From a virus (taxonomy: Duplodnaviria; Caudoviricetes): DNA of 61,784 nucleotides. This document shows positions 18,352 to 27,365 of this stretch, piece after piece. A program made the position numbers and the translations under genes. The stretch is taken from IMG/VR virus record IMGVR_UViG_3300029448_000029, positions 1-61,784 of that record, one strand, 5' to 3'. Every line of letters starts with the position of its first letter. The first letter of the stretch is position 1. The notes under the pieces are model-generated. The model ran no database searches. It was given only the letters and a program-made list of their open reading frames with translations, and had not been told where the DNA came from.

Positions 18352-19125
18352 TTAATGAGTTCGTCCCTCTGCGGGATAATACACCGGCCCGGAAAGTCCA
18401 GTAATTGTTGAACCTGTTACACCAAACGAGGAAACAACAGCACTTTCATCACTTGCAGCGTCTGTAAGATTTGCATAGAAGTCTCCGGTGATCGAAAGAA
18501 TAACACCACTTGCTGTAAGTCCTTGAGTTTTGACTGGTCCATACATATACGATTTCGCTAAGAACTCAAACGTTGTTGAGATAAATCTTCTTGTAGCAAA
18601 GTTACCCTCATATTCCTCTTGAATGTTAATGTTTGACAATACAATGGGAACATCGACTTTTTCGTGAGCATCGTTCATGTTTATTGAAACAATAAACTCT
18701 GGGGCAAAAAATGGTGTGATCTGCTCAATAATCTGTAAGTTTTCATCAATACTTGAGGTGAAGGAATATAAACCAAAACTTATATTATAGGGGACTTCAT
18801 TAAAAGCAGATGTTGTAAGAGCACCATCTTGTTTTTTCATTTTCCTTAATTTGTTAATTGTTCTCGTTGGATCATAATTTACTCCGGTAATATCAAAACC
18901 AAGTCTAGGTAAAATCGCTTTTACTTTTGTTTTATCCTCTAAAATTGATCCACCCTCATTCAATCTTGCGATGAATTTTTCTTTCGGTGCGTATGATATC
19001 GGAACTCTAACTTTTTGTGTGGTATTTCCGGCTGAGTCGATATCACGAACAATTATATTGTTGAACAAAGATCCAAAACCTATGACGAGTTTTCTCAATG
19101 ATTCATTGTAGAAAGTTGAAAACAT
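18352..19125 (-). CDS. gp15: Tail sheath stabilizer / tail terminator
   Basis: FYNESLRK.VIGFGSLFNNI, VPISYAPKEKF, LPRLGF, VPYNI.F.L, QIIEQI.PFF.P. Confidence 0.93.
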   Translation of the reverse strand: MFSTFYNESLRKLVIGFGSLFNNIIVRDIDSAGNTTQKVRVPISYAPKEKFIARLNEGGSILEDKTKVKAILPRLGFDITGVNYDPTRTINKLRKMKKQDGALTTSAFNEVPYNISFGLYSFTSSIDENLQIIEQITPFFAPEFIVSINMNDAHEKVDVPIVLSNINIQEEYEGNFATRRFISTTFEFLAKSYMYGPVKTQGLTASGVILSITGDFYANLTDAASDESAVVSSFGVTGSTITGLSGPVYYPAEGRTH

Positions 19126-19787
19126 TAGTAATTACCCTCCGAGAACGGATCGGTATCCGTAAAATCAAATACGTCAAACTCGTCCTCAAGATCCTCAATA
19201 ATTGCATTATCACCAACGGTGACTCCGGTAGAGTTTACCGGAATAAGAATGTCACCTGAAAGACCTCTAGTGTCTGTTTCAAGTGCGTCGATTTGTGAGA
19301 ATCCAGTATCCATATCTTCGTGTGAGTAGGTGAATGTTTCACAAGTTAAATAATATGTGTATAATTTTCCCAGTTGATAAAATGGATTTTCATGCTCCAC
19401 AAAGTTAATTTCAAATAACGTTTTGCTCAATGGAAAAAATATAAGATCACCTTCTCTTGGACGAACTATTTCACTTTGATATGTTGTAACCTCTTGCTCA
19501 AAACGTTTTCTGGCAACAACGAGATCCATTCTGTCGTTTATTTGAATACCAAACTTTGACAATATATCTCCATCACCCTCAAAGCCGTTCACCGACTGAA
19601 TATACATTTCTATTTCATAGCCGTCATCGAACTTTGCCTCGGTGTCCTCTCCGAATAATTTATCTTCATTGATGAGTTTTCTAGGAATATAAACCATCGC
19701 TTTTCCATTGATGCGAATGGATTCAATAGACAAATCTTCAACAAGATTTTGTTCGCTAGAATTCTCTTTGAAATAAGGACTTCTCAT
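19125..19787 (-). CDS. gp14: Neck protein
   Basis: EQNLVEDL.IESI, Y.IEMY, SKFG, RPREGDLIFFPL, FEINFVEHENPFYQLGK. Confidence 0.94.
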   Translation of the reverse strand: MRSPYFKENSSEQNLVEDLSIESIRINGKAMVYIPRKLINEDKLFGEDTEAKFDDGYEIEMYIQSVNGFEGDGDILSKFGIQINDRMDLVVARKRFEQEVTTYQSEIVRPREGDLIFFPLSKTLFEINFVEHENPFYQLGKLYTYYLTCETFTYSHEDMDTGFSQIDALETDTRGLSGDILIPVNSTGVTVGDNAIIEDLEDEFDVFDFTDTDPFSEGNY

Positions 19788-20593
19788 GCAACTATAAAGT
19801 CAATCGGTAATTCATATTGAGAGTAGAACTGTTGTTCGATGATATCAACTTCTTGAACTGCTTCTGCGTATATCTGCGGTCCGTTAAGTTGAACACCACC
19901 AGGCAGTTGAACACCCGCGAATTTAGAAAGATTGCTCCCCCATTGTTTTTTGATCAAAGCCGTGACGTATTTTTTAAACAATCTATCGTTGTAAATTTCC
20001 GTAAAGAAATCTGGATCTAAAGCGGCATAAGCCTCGATGATGATAAAGTCTCCTGCATTGATTTGTTTATCCAGATCAGCATCAATTAAAAGTCTGTTTG
20101 TGACTTTACTAAAACGAATTTCTTTTTCATTTTGGAAAAAATCTTCAATCATGTTGACGTATCTTTTTGCAGAGTCAAAAGAGGTAAGACCTAAAGATGA
20201 GGAGTATCCCAGTCCGGTGTTGATTCCGAAGTAATCAGAAAGAGCCATTTGATAACGAATGTCAAACATGCTCTGAACACCACGAAGGGCACCAAATCTA
20301 AACACTTTTATTATGGAAACAATATCTTGTCCAGTAGGACCACCGTCTGGAAATCCCTTTGGTGTTCCTATTGTATTTGTGTCAATGAAACGATTATTAA
20401 TATCATCCTGTGACAACTCATGTGAGAAAAACACCTTTTCAACTCCGTCGAAATGTCTCTCGGTAAAAAATTGTAGTGCTTCATCAACTCTGTCCTCTGC
20501 TTGCTCTCGATCAACGTTAATTTCAATGACCGGAGCGCCAAGTTTTCTCAGAGCATATTCAATGAGTTCATTCTTAGAGGTTGGCTTTGCCAT
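19784..20593 (-). CDS. gp13: Neck protein
   Basis: Start MAKP at 20593; LIEYALRKLGAPVIEINV, HFDG, YVTALIKKQWG.NLSKF.G.QLPGGV.LNG. Confidence 0.94.
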   Translation of the reverse strand: MAKPTSKNELIEYALRKLGAPVIEINVDREQAEDRVDEALQFFTERHFDGVEKVFFSHELSQDDINNRFIDTNTIGTPKGFPDGGPTGQDIVSIIKVFRFGALRGVQSMFDIRYQMALSDYFGINTGLGYSSSLGLTSFDSAKRYVNMIEDFFQNEKEIRFSKVTNRLLIDADLDKQINAGDFIIIEAYAALDPDFFTEIYNDRLFKKYVTALIKKQWGSNLSKFAGVQLPGGVQLNGPQIYAEAVQEVDIIEQQFYSQYELPIDFIVA

Positions 20594-20613
20594 AGGTATT
20601 CCCCTTTCCAGAA

Positions 20614-20621
20614 TATGTATA
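20614..20621 (-). promoter_or_regulatory. Variant late promoter TATACATA for gp13
   Basis: One mismatch to TATAAATA, between a terminator and the gp13 start. Confidence 0.55.
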
Positions 20622-20625
20622 AGAT

Positions 20626-20655
20626 AAAGCGGGCCCAACCAAGTGGACCCGCTTT
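20626..20655 (-). terminator. Rho-independent terminator ending the baseplate/fibre operon
   Basis: Minus strand AAAGCGGGTCCA-loop-TGGGCCCGCTTT followed by ATCTT; T-rich flank also on the plus strand. Confidence 0.75.
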
Positions 20656-20674
20656 GTTTTACTTATCGTTTTAT

Positions 20675-21163
20675 TTATTGTTTTACTTGAACGGTGACTG
20701 GAATATTTTGAATTTCTGTGTATTCCATGTTTTCAATGTAATACTTTCTGGTAATTGGCTCTTCCGCTTCATCTGGCTCACTTGCTGTGTAATCAGTGAA
20801 TCCTGGCATACCTAATGGACAACTTAATTTTGGGTGATCTAATTTGCTGTATTCGTTACCTTCGGAAATAAGCCAAGTCGCTTCTCTATCCCCACAACCA
20901 CAACCACCACAGAAATGCTTCCCCACACTTTTGCTGTTTTGTAAGTGTTGGCATGGTGGTAAAACACCACCAACGTGCTGATTTCCGAAACAACTAATGA
21001 CTCGTAATTGCTTTGTTGCTTTTTCTACTTTTTTATTTCCAAATCCTCTGGATGCTAAGGCTGAGGCATAACTTTGAACCATACCAATACCTTTTTTGAG
21101 AGCATTCTTTTTTGTTTCATTTAGTTTTCTAAAACCACTATTTTTACAATTTTTACAGCCCAT
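20675..21163 (-). CDS. Small Cys-rich protein (CxxC, CGGCGC, CP); putative metal-binding or fibre-assembly factor
   Basis: MGCKNCK, RVISCFG, PPCQHL, HFCGGCGCGD, KLSCPLG; last gene of the fibre operon. Confidence 0.6.
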   Translation of the reverse strand: MGCKNCKNSGFRKLNETKKNALKKGIGMVQSYASALASRGFGNKKVEKATKQLRVISCFGNQHVGGVLPPCQHLQNSKSVGKHFCGGCGCGDREATWLISEGNEYSKLDHPKLSCPLGMPGFTDYTASEPDEAEEPITRKYYIENMEYTEIQNIPVTVQVKQ

Positions 21164-21172
21164 GATTATTCC

Positions 21173-22930
21173 TTATATGATATTAATTCTTCTTACCAAT
21201 CTAATTTTAAACTTATTATCTAATCCTGTCAACATTGTAAAACCATCTTTTCTTGATGTTTCTGTATTATCGGGACCAGCAAATGCAGAGTAAACCAGAT
21301 TTGCTGCTGGATAATTTGCAAATTCTCTCACCAAAGTATTGCTTCTAGTTGAAGAAAGATATGGGAAATATAATTCGGGATCAAACGGATTTGAGTATCT
21401 TGTTGGTCTGTATGACAATAACTTTCTTCGATTTTGTGAATAACGAGAAGCATAACCAACCGTAAAATCTAACTCTCTCTGAACATCAATTATGAAACCA
21501 AGTTCTTGAATGCTAGGAACATACCAATCTCGGAAAGAAAATCTATTGTATCCTCTGACTTGTTTAAAGAGATCGCTTTGTGGTGCGGGGTAATTTGATG
21601 CACCGTATGTGTTTAGCAAACCGTCGTAAGTTGATGTCTCCATTCCATCAATTCTTTCTGAGGTTGTTGTGTGTTGATATAAAATGTCGTTCAATCCAAA
21701 CTCATCTCCGAGATCGGACAGACACATAATGAGTGCCCATTTTGAATCGGCACCAATACCACTCTTTTCGGATGCTCTGGGATCAGTTGCCTCTCCAGTT
21801 TCTAAGTTGATTTTTGTTTTACTAATGCCTGGATTGAAAATACCCATGTAAATTCCACCAGCGAATGTATCACCAACATTAGGTAAGTTATCCGCTGAAA
21901 TATTGGGTGGAATCGGGACGTTATTTGAAAAACTTGGCTTTTGTGGACATGTATCTCTATCGCATTCGACGGGACCACTTTCATCTGGATCTATGAAAAA
22001 TCCATTTTGTCTTTCGCACTCTAATCGTGTGGTTCTTATACACCCACCAACGACACAACACGCACTGGTTTCTTCGTTTTGAGTAACCGTTTTTTGTAAA
22101 TTTATGCCAGTAATTTCGTTTTTATTGGAACCTCTGTTTTGATCCTCTTGTGGTATGTCAAAGGGATCTCCCACAACACTTTCCAAATAGGCAGGACCGG
22201 GGGGTGGTGGATCTGGTTCAAACTCACACGATCCATCGTCCACCGTGGCATCTGGATTATAATTTAGAGCATCCGGATCTGTGCAGCCAGCAATTTCAGT
22301 TCCACATTCAAATCCATCTTGACCATTAAGTGTGTCATAGTTGCAAATAGATCCGGTGATAAAAACAGATTGACAATCGGGAATATCTGGTAAATTAAGT
22401 TCCGCACACTCCTGAGCACTGCACACATTTTTACAAACACGAATAAACTCTTCACCAATTTCTTGACAATGACAACAGGCAAATGGGAATCTTACATCAT
22501 TCCTACCTTCAATTCCTTCAGTCGTGCTACAAAGAGTTAATCTACCGAACGCACCATCAGGTTCAACGGGAGACCAGTTTCCCCCATAATACTCACATTC
22601 ACATTTACTGATTCCAGATTGTATGCCGTTTGACGAGCCGAAGATTCCATAGATACCACCATCATTTTCTCCATCACCATCAGCCCAGTCGGTTCCATCT
22701 CCTGTGTTTTTGTTTGCATAATTACAGGAGCAACAAAAACCAGTTTCGTTTGGTTGAGGACATTGATGTGATTCAAAATTAACATTGGGTGTCCAGTAAC
22801 CAAATGAAGATAAACAATCGGAGAATGTTTTTTGTGTTTTCGTTCCGTCTGTTTCACAGCAAACTCCGACTGAGTTAATATACTCTTCGTAATTGATAAC
22901 TGTTTTTATTTTTCCTCGTGTTTGTGCCAT
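21173..22930 (-). CDS. Cys-rich virion protein with C-terminal DUF1566-like (C-type lectin fold) domain; putative adhesin
   Basis: Start likely ATG 22930 (TAATG overlap); GxCC modules, one GCTDPDALNYNPDATVDDGSC repeat, GDTFAGGIYMG ... DWYVPSIQEL ... YLSST ... KIRLVRRI. Confidence 0.7.
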   Translation of the reverse strand: MAQTRGKIKTVINYEEYINSVGVCCETDGTKTQKTFSDCLSSFGYWTPNVNFESHQCPQPNETGFCCSCNYANKNTGDGTDWADGDGENDGGIYGIFGSSNGIQSGISKCECEYYGGNWSPVEPDGAFGRLTLCSTTEGIEGRNDVRFPFACCHCQEIGEEFIRVCKNVCSAQECAELNLPDIPDCQSVFITGSICNYDTLNGQDGFECGTEIAGCTDPDALNYNPDATVDDGSCEFEPDPPPPGPAYLESVVGDPFDIPQEDQNRGSNKNEITGINLQKTVTQNEETSACCVVGGCIRTTRLECERQNGFFIDPDESGPVECDRDTCPQKPSFSNNVPIPPNISADNLPNVGDTFAGGIYMGIFNPGISKTKINLETGEATDPRASEKSGIGADSKWALIMCLSDLGDEFGLNDILYQHTTTSERIDGMETSTYDGLLNTYGASNYPAPQSDLFKQVRGYNRFSFRDWYVPSIQELGFIIDVQRELDFTVGYASRYSQNRRKLLSYRPTRYSNPFDPELYFPYLSSTRSNTLVREFANYPAANLVYSAFAGPDNTETSRKDGFTMLTGLDNKFKIRLVRRINII

Positions 22931-25900
22931 TACTCGCAATCCTCCAAGTATCGACAGTAGTTATCAACGCCAGCAATTTCTGGACAATTCATCGTGACAC
23001 ACTCACCGTTCACAATTTTTCTTGCGATATAGAATGAGTAATTAATTTCAGTAGAATTGAAATTGTCATACGTTGTTTTAAAGAATCCACCGCTTACTCT
23101 TTCTTGTCCTGCATTTCCAGTTGGACGAACTGGATTAAATCCACCAACGTCGTTACCAAAGTTGATTGGTAGATTTTTTCCATAAATGCCATCTTGAACA
23201 CCAGTTGATTGTGTGTTAAACATGGTTCCGCCGGGACCGGGACCAGGTCCTTGACCGCACTGCCCGAAACTGTCTGGATAAAAACAACTACCGTCGTCTA
23301 TATTTGCCTTTGGATCCCAATTACATGCAGTCTCATCTGTGCAGCCATAGATTTCTGGCTCCGGATCAGGTTCAAAAATGCAGCAATTAGAACCACTATT
23401 GGTGCAAGTGCAGGCAAAAGAGGCATCTGGATCATAATTTGTTGCAGATGGCACTAAGCAACCAGCGTATTGACAAGTTCCATTATCTTTAGTTGCACTT
23501 GGATCGTAGTTACACGCTCCCTCATCTGTGCAGCCAGGAACTTCATACTCACATAGCGAGTTGTCACAACAAACTGATATGTCATCACCTGACGAATTGT
23601 AGTTTGTTGCAGCCGGATCACAACAAACTGGTTCACCACAACTGCCTCCATTGGGACAATATTCACACCCCTGATCCACGTTTGCATTTGAATCGTAATT
23701 ACATGCGTTATCATCCATGCAACCAAAGATTGGCTCTGGACAATTAGCACAGGGATTGTCTCTACACTTGCTATTTAATCCTTGAAATTGCCCTCCTAAT
23801 CCTGCACACTGGATAATTAAATTTTGAACACCGGATCCTTGAAGTTCAGAACATATACCGAAAACAGCGTTACCATTTCCATCAGTTTGTTCACATTGTC
23901 CACAACATGCACCACTGTATATGCAGGATCCATCGTCATTAACAGCGTTTTCATTGTAGTTAATTGCATTCGGATCTGTGCAACCATCGACATAGGTGCA
24001 GCACTTGTTCTCTGGGCAAGAAATGACGGTGCCGTTTTGACACTCTGCTTCGTTGTAGTTGCTTGCGGTCGGATCGCAGCAATCTTCGCCGGGAGGTGGT
24101 GGTGGTGGTCCTCCACATGGATTTCCGAGACAACCTTCACCCCGAGTCCAAACAGAGCCTGATGGTGCGAAACAATTACACCATGCTTCCGTTGATTGAC
24201 GGCAAACTCCATTCACACCACAGCAACGTCCAAGATCCTCTGGGAAAGTATTTTTATCTGAGCGAGTAACCCAAACCAAAGATCCCTCATCAAATCCACT
24301 TAACTCATAACCATCAGATCCACGGACAGAGGTGACACCTGTGTGAAGTCCTAAAACGCTTCCCTCTAATAAGTCAGATTCCCCTTGGCTGCCTTGACAT
24401 GCTCCAAACGTTCCGTTGAAGTTAACTCTGCGTGGATCGTGTCGAGGAGAGGCCAAAGCATACAATCCCATATACTCCTCATTGAATGAAAATGACCCTC
24501 CAAGTGGTGTTTCATCTATAAGTGGGAACCCACCAGAATTATAAAATTGATTGTTTTCATCTCTTAACACATATGCAAAACCACGACCATATGCCCAACC
24601 ATTTGGATATATTCCGTTCGGATCTCCTATTGATTCAAAACAACTCGCTCCAATTTCCTCATATCCAAACATCGTGCGGGCTTGACTCTCATAATACTGA
24701 TCAACCGGCCTGTAAACATCATTTGCGTAAATGAAACATAGACCGCTCAGATTGCCGTTCCCACTGGAGCGTTCAACCCATGATCTTACACCAACAAGGG
24801 CACTGGCAGATCCGAGGTTCAATGGAGTTGTCCGAGTCGAAAAGAATCGAAGATAACCATCTACATCTTCATCTGTTGTTGGGGGATAACATGCAGCGAT
24901 GTAATCTGCTGGTTCACGAAACGAGCATGTTGCAGGGGCATTTTCTATAATGCTATTTCTCTCTTCGCAGTTATCTTTGTTATCACCACATGTTTCAGAA
25001 CTAGACCAACAATTACCGCCACCATATTTTACCGCATCAATCCACGGGGCCCAATCAGCCACTTGAGTTTGGAATTTAATCCACTCAGAAACACCTTTAA
25101 TTGTTTTATTGTCCTGAGATCCTTCAAATGCACCAAGCAAAGTTTCATCCACTCCCGCTCCATTTTGTTGATTCCGTCTTGGAGTGGTAGTTACAGGAGC
25201 AGCACAGAAATATCCATAGAAATCGGGATTGTCTGGGATCGGGTTGTCACTTTGGCTTAGTTCAAACCTCATGTAGCCGGGTGCGCCCGCTTCATCTAAG
25301 CAAGGATTGTCCTCGCAAGAAACTCCCTCTTTATATGTTCCGACACACTGAGGACAATCCTCTGGACCTTCTACTTCAACGCACTCATCAATATAAGTGT
25401 AATAGATTGCTCCTTCAGCACCACCACCCGCATTAACAATACCTTGTTTTTTCAAACAACAAACTGCTTTGGCAGCGTTACCGAAACAACAATTTGTCGT
25501 TGCACAATTTGTTCCATCACCTTGGAAAATTCCACCAAATTCTTTACAACGAATGTGACTTAGAGGCTCTCCCGTGTCGGGATCGGCATCAAGACAAATG
25601 CCGGGTTGACCTTCTCCTGTGTCCTCTGGTAATTCAACACTTTCGGGTAAGCCAGGTGGTGGTTCAAACACACCATCTCCATCGGGATCACTAAACGGAA
25701 TACAACATGCACCAAATCTTTCAAACTCTTCACAACAAGTTTTTTCGGGTTGATCAATATCATCCGTTGTGCAAGTATATCCATCTGGATATACATCGTC
25801 GGGTGGTGTGGATATTCCACCATAGACAAATTCACATTGAATTCGAGTTAGGTTGTCACCAATGCAAACACCATTAACACAACAGGGAACTGTTGGTTGA

Positions 25901-27357
25901 CAAAAATCAAAACAGAATCGACCTTCTTCAATTGGCTCTGCGTAGTTAGGTCCCTCGGGATTAAATGGTAACGTAAAAGTTTGCCCTTCAATTTGATATG
26001 AGAAAGTGTTGTTTTCACAAACTGCTGCGGGAAAGAACGTCCCTGCGATTGATTGACATAAAGCCGCACTAATATTAGACTGACATCTACCATCAGAACA
26101 ACAAACCCCACCAAGTTCTCCACATCCATCAGCACAAGATTGCAACGGATTAAAGTTTCCTCCGACAGCATCACATCCTGCTCTGGTTTGATAGTCCGTG
26201 CAAACAAAAATGCCACCAGCGTCAATTAGTGCTTGATCCACAAAGTTTGGATCAATTGTTTGTCCCTCTGCCGTTTGAAAGAAGCAACATGAGCCAGGAA
26301 CATTACCAGTCGTTTCACAACCAGCGGTGTCGTAACCTCTTGCCGTAAAGACGGCATACCAGTTTTCACCACCATCTGTTGTGGTTAGAGAGAGAACATC
26401 CGTTCCGCATGTAAAATAGTTTTCTCCTGTTTCAAAGAAAACATTTGGTGGGAACTGAATGACATTTCCACCGCGAACAAAGAGAGTTTTTGTTATGGAA
26501 TAACCAAGTGGAAAATCACCTGTAAATCCTGCTATGGCAAGAGGGCCTCCACTTGGATCAGCGGAAAGAGTTATAACATCGGACTTGCTTATATCATAGT
26601 GTGTTTCTGCTGTTCCTCCGGGCACTGGAACAGGGCCGGGACCGGGACCAGTCGCTTGCACCACACTGTATCCTCTGAGAACTGAGGTAACGTTCAACGC
26701 AGGTGAAGTAACACCCTCACCAGATTTAAAATCTAGAACATCTCTATTATCACCGCTATCAAAAGTGGAAATACCTGTGCTTGATACAGTATCTTTTTCA
26801 CCCACATAAAGAAGTGTATTGTTTACAATATCAGATGTAACAGATTTGTCGACCGTTGTGGTCGATGAAATAATAATATCATTACCATCAGATGTTGCTT
26901 GCAAACTGCCGCTTGCGGTGATGGATCTAAAATTGTATGTTGTTCCAGATAAACCAAACGCAAAAGTTACTCCGGTTCCCAAGTTAAATAAATCGGCAGC
27001 CGATGAATTAAAACCAGTCGGTCCGGTGATGTAGGGATAGATTCCCGTTGCGTTATCAACATCGGTAAGAAGTTCACTGATTGATATTTCATTTTCTTCG
27101 AGAGTTTCTGGATTTATTCTTTTGGCTCGAACATCAAGGAGAAATTTTGCACCATCGAGTTCTGGATCCCCAAAAGTTCCGCCGGGGAATAGTCTTTCAA
27201 AAGCATAGATGATGTCACCAGTCAATCCACCAGGTCCTGTGGATCCTGTTGGGCCAGTAGGACCGGTCGCTCCTGTTGCACCTCTTGGTCCGGTGGGTCC
27301 AGTCGGTCCTGTAATACCAACTGCCGGGATTGCACTACTACCGTAAATGAAAGCCAT
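22930..27357 (-). CDS. Collagen-like, Cys-rich tail fibre protein
   Basis: N-terminal (Gxx)n GITGPTGPTGPRGATGATGPTGPTGSTG; multiple GxCC modules; about seven GCTD-type repeats near the C-terminus. Confidence 0.75.
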   Translation of the reverse strand: MAFIYGSSAIPAVGITGPTGPTGPRGATGATGPTGPTGSTGPGGLTGDIIYAFERLFPGGTFGDPELDGAKFLLDVRAKRINPETLEENEISISELLTDVDNATGIYPYITGPTGFNSSAADLFNLGTGVTFAFGLSGTTYNFRSITASGSLQATSDGNDIIISSTTTVDKSVTSDIVNNTLLYVGEKDTVSSTGISTFDSGDNRDVLDFKSGEGVTSPALNVTSVLRGYSVVQATGPGPGPVPVPGGTAETHYDISKSDVITLSADPSGGPLAIAGFTGDFPLGYSITKTLFVRGGNVIQFPPNVFFETGENYFTCGTDVLSLTTTDGGENWYAVFTARGYDTAGCETTGNVPGSCCFFQTAEGQTIDPNFVDQALIDAGGIFVCTDYQTRAGCDAVGGNFNPLQSCADGCGELGGVCCSDGRCQSNISAALCQSIAGTFFPAAVCENNTFSYQIEGQTFTLPFNPEGPNYAEPIEEGRFCFDFCQPTVPCCVNGVCIGDNLTRIQCEFVYGGISTPPDDVYPDGYTCTTDDIDQPEKTCCEEFERFGACCIPFSDPDGDGVFEPPPGLPESVELPEDTGEGQPGICLDADPDTGEPLSHIRCKEFGGIFQGDGTNCATTNCCFGNAAKAVCCLKKQGIVNAGGGAEGAIYYTYIDECVEVEGPEDCPQCVGTYKEGVSCEDNPCLDEAGAPGYMRFELSQSDNPIPDNPDFYGYFCAAPVTTTPRRNQQNGAGVDETLLGAFEGSQDNKTIKGVSEWIKFQTQVADWAPWIDAVKYGGGNCWSSSETCGDNKDNCEERNSIIENAPATCSFREPADYIAACYPPTTDEDVDGYLRFFSTRTTPLNLGSASALVGVRSWVERSSGNGNLSGLCFIYANDVYRPVDQYYESQARTMFGYEEIGASCFESIGDPNGIYPNGWAYGRGFAYVLRDENNQFYNSGGFPLIDETPLGGSFSFNEEYMGLYALASPRHDPRRVNFNGTFGACQGSQGESDLLEGSVLGLHTGVTSVRGSDGYELSGFDEGSLVWVTRSDKNTFPEDLGRCCGVNGVCRQSTEAWCNCFAPSGSVWTRGEGCLGNPCGGPPPPPPGEDCCDPTASNYNEAECQNGTVISCPENKCCTYVDGCTDPNAINYNENAVNDDGSCIYSGACCGQCEQTDGNGNAVFGICSELQGSGVQNLIIQCAGLGGQFQGLNSKCRDNPCANCPEPIFGCMDDNACNYDSNANVDQGCEYCPNGGSCGEPVCCDPAATNYNSSGDDISVCCDNSLCEYEVPGCTDEGACNYDPSATKDNGTCQYAGCLVPSATNYDPDASFACTCTNSGSNCCIFEPDPEPEIYGCTDETACNWDPKANIDDGSCFYPDSFGQCGQGPGPGPGGTMFNTQSTGVQDGIYGKNLPINFGNDVGGFNPVRPTGNAGQERVSGGFFKTTYDNFNSTEINYSFYIARKIVNGECVTMNCPEIAGVDNYCRYLEDCE
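23280..24085 (-). repeat. Tandem Cys repeats of consensus GC(T/M)DxxAxNYxxxAxxDDGSC
   Basis: DCCDPTASNY, DGCTDPNAINYNENAVNDDGSC, FGCMDDNACNY, VCCDPAATNY, PGCTDEGACNY, AGCLVPSATNY, YGCTDETACNWDPKANIDDGSC. Confidence 0.85.
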
Positions 27358-27365
27358 TAATTACC

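Noticed and set aside
27230-27320. 9-bp-period repeats at the fibre gene 5' ends (also near 31080-31160 and 35920-36010) as CRISPR or satellite DNA
   Set aside because: They encode collagen-like Gly-X-Thr triplets in frame; no repeat-spacer structure.
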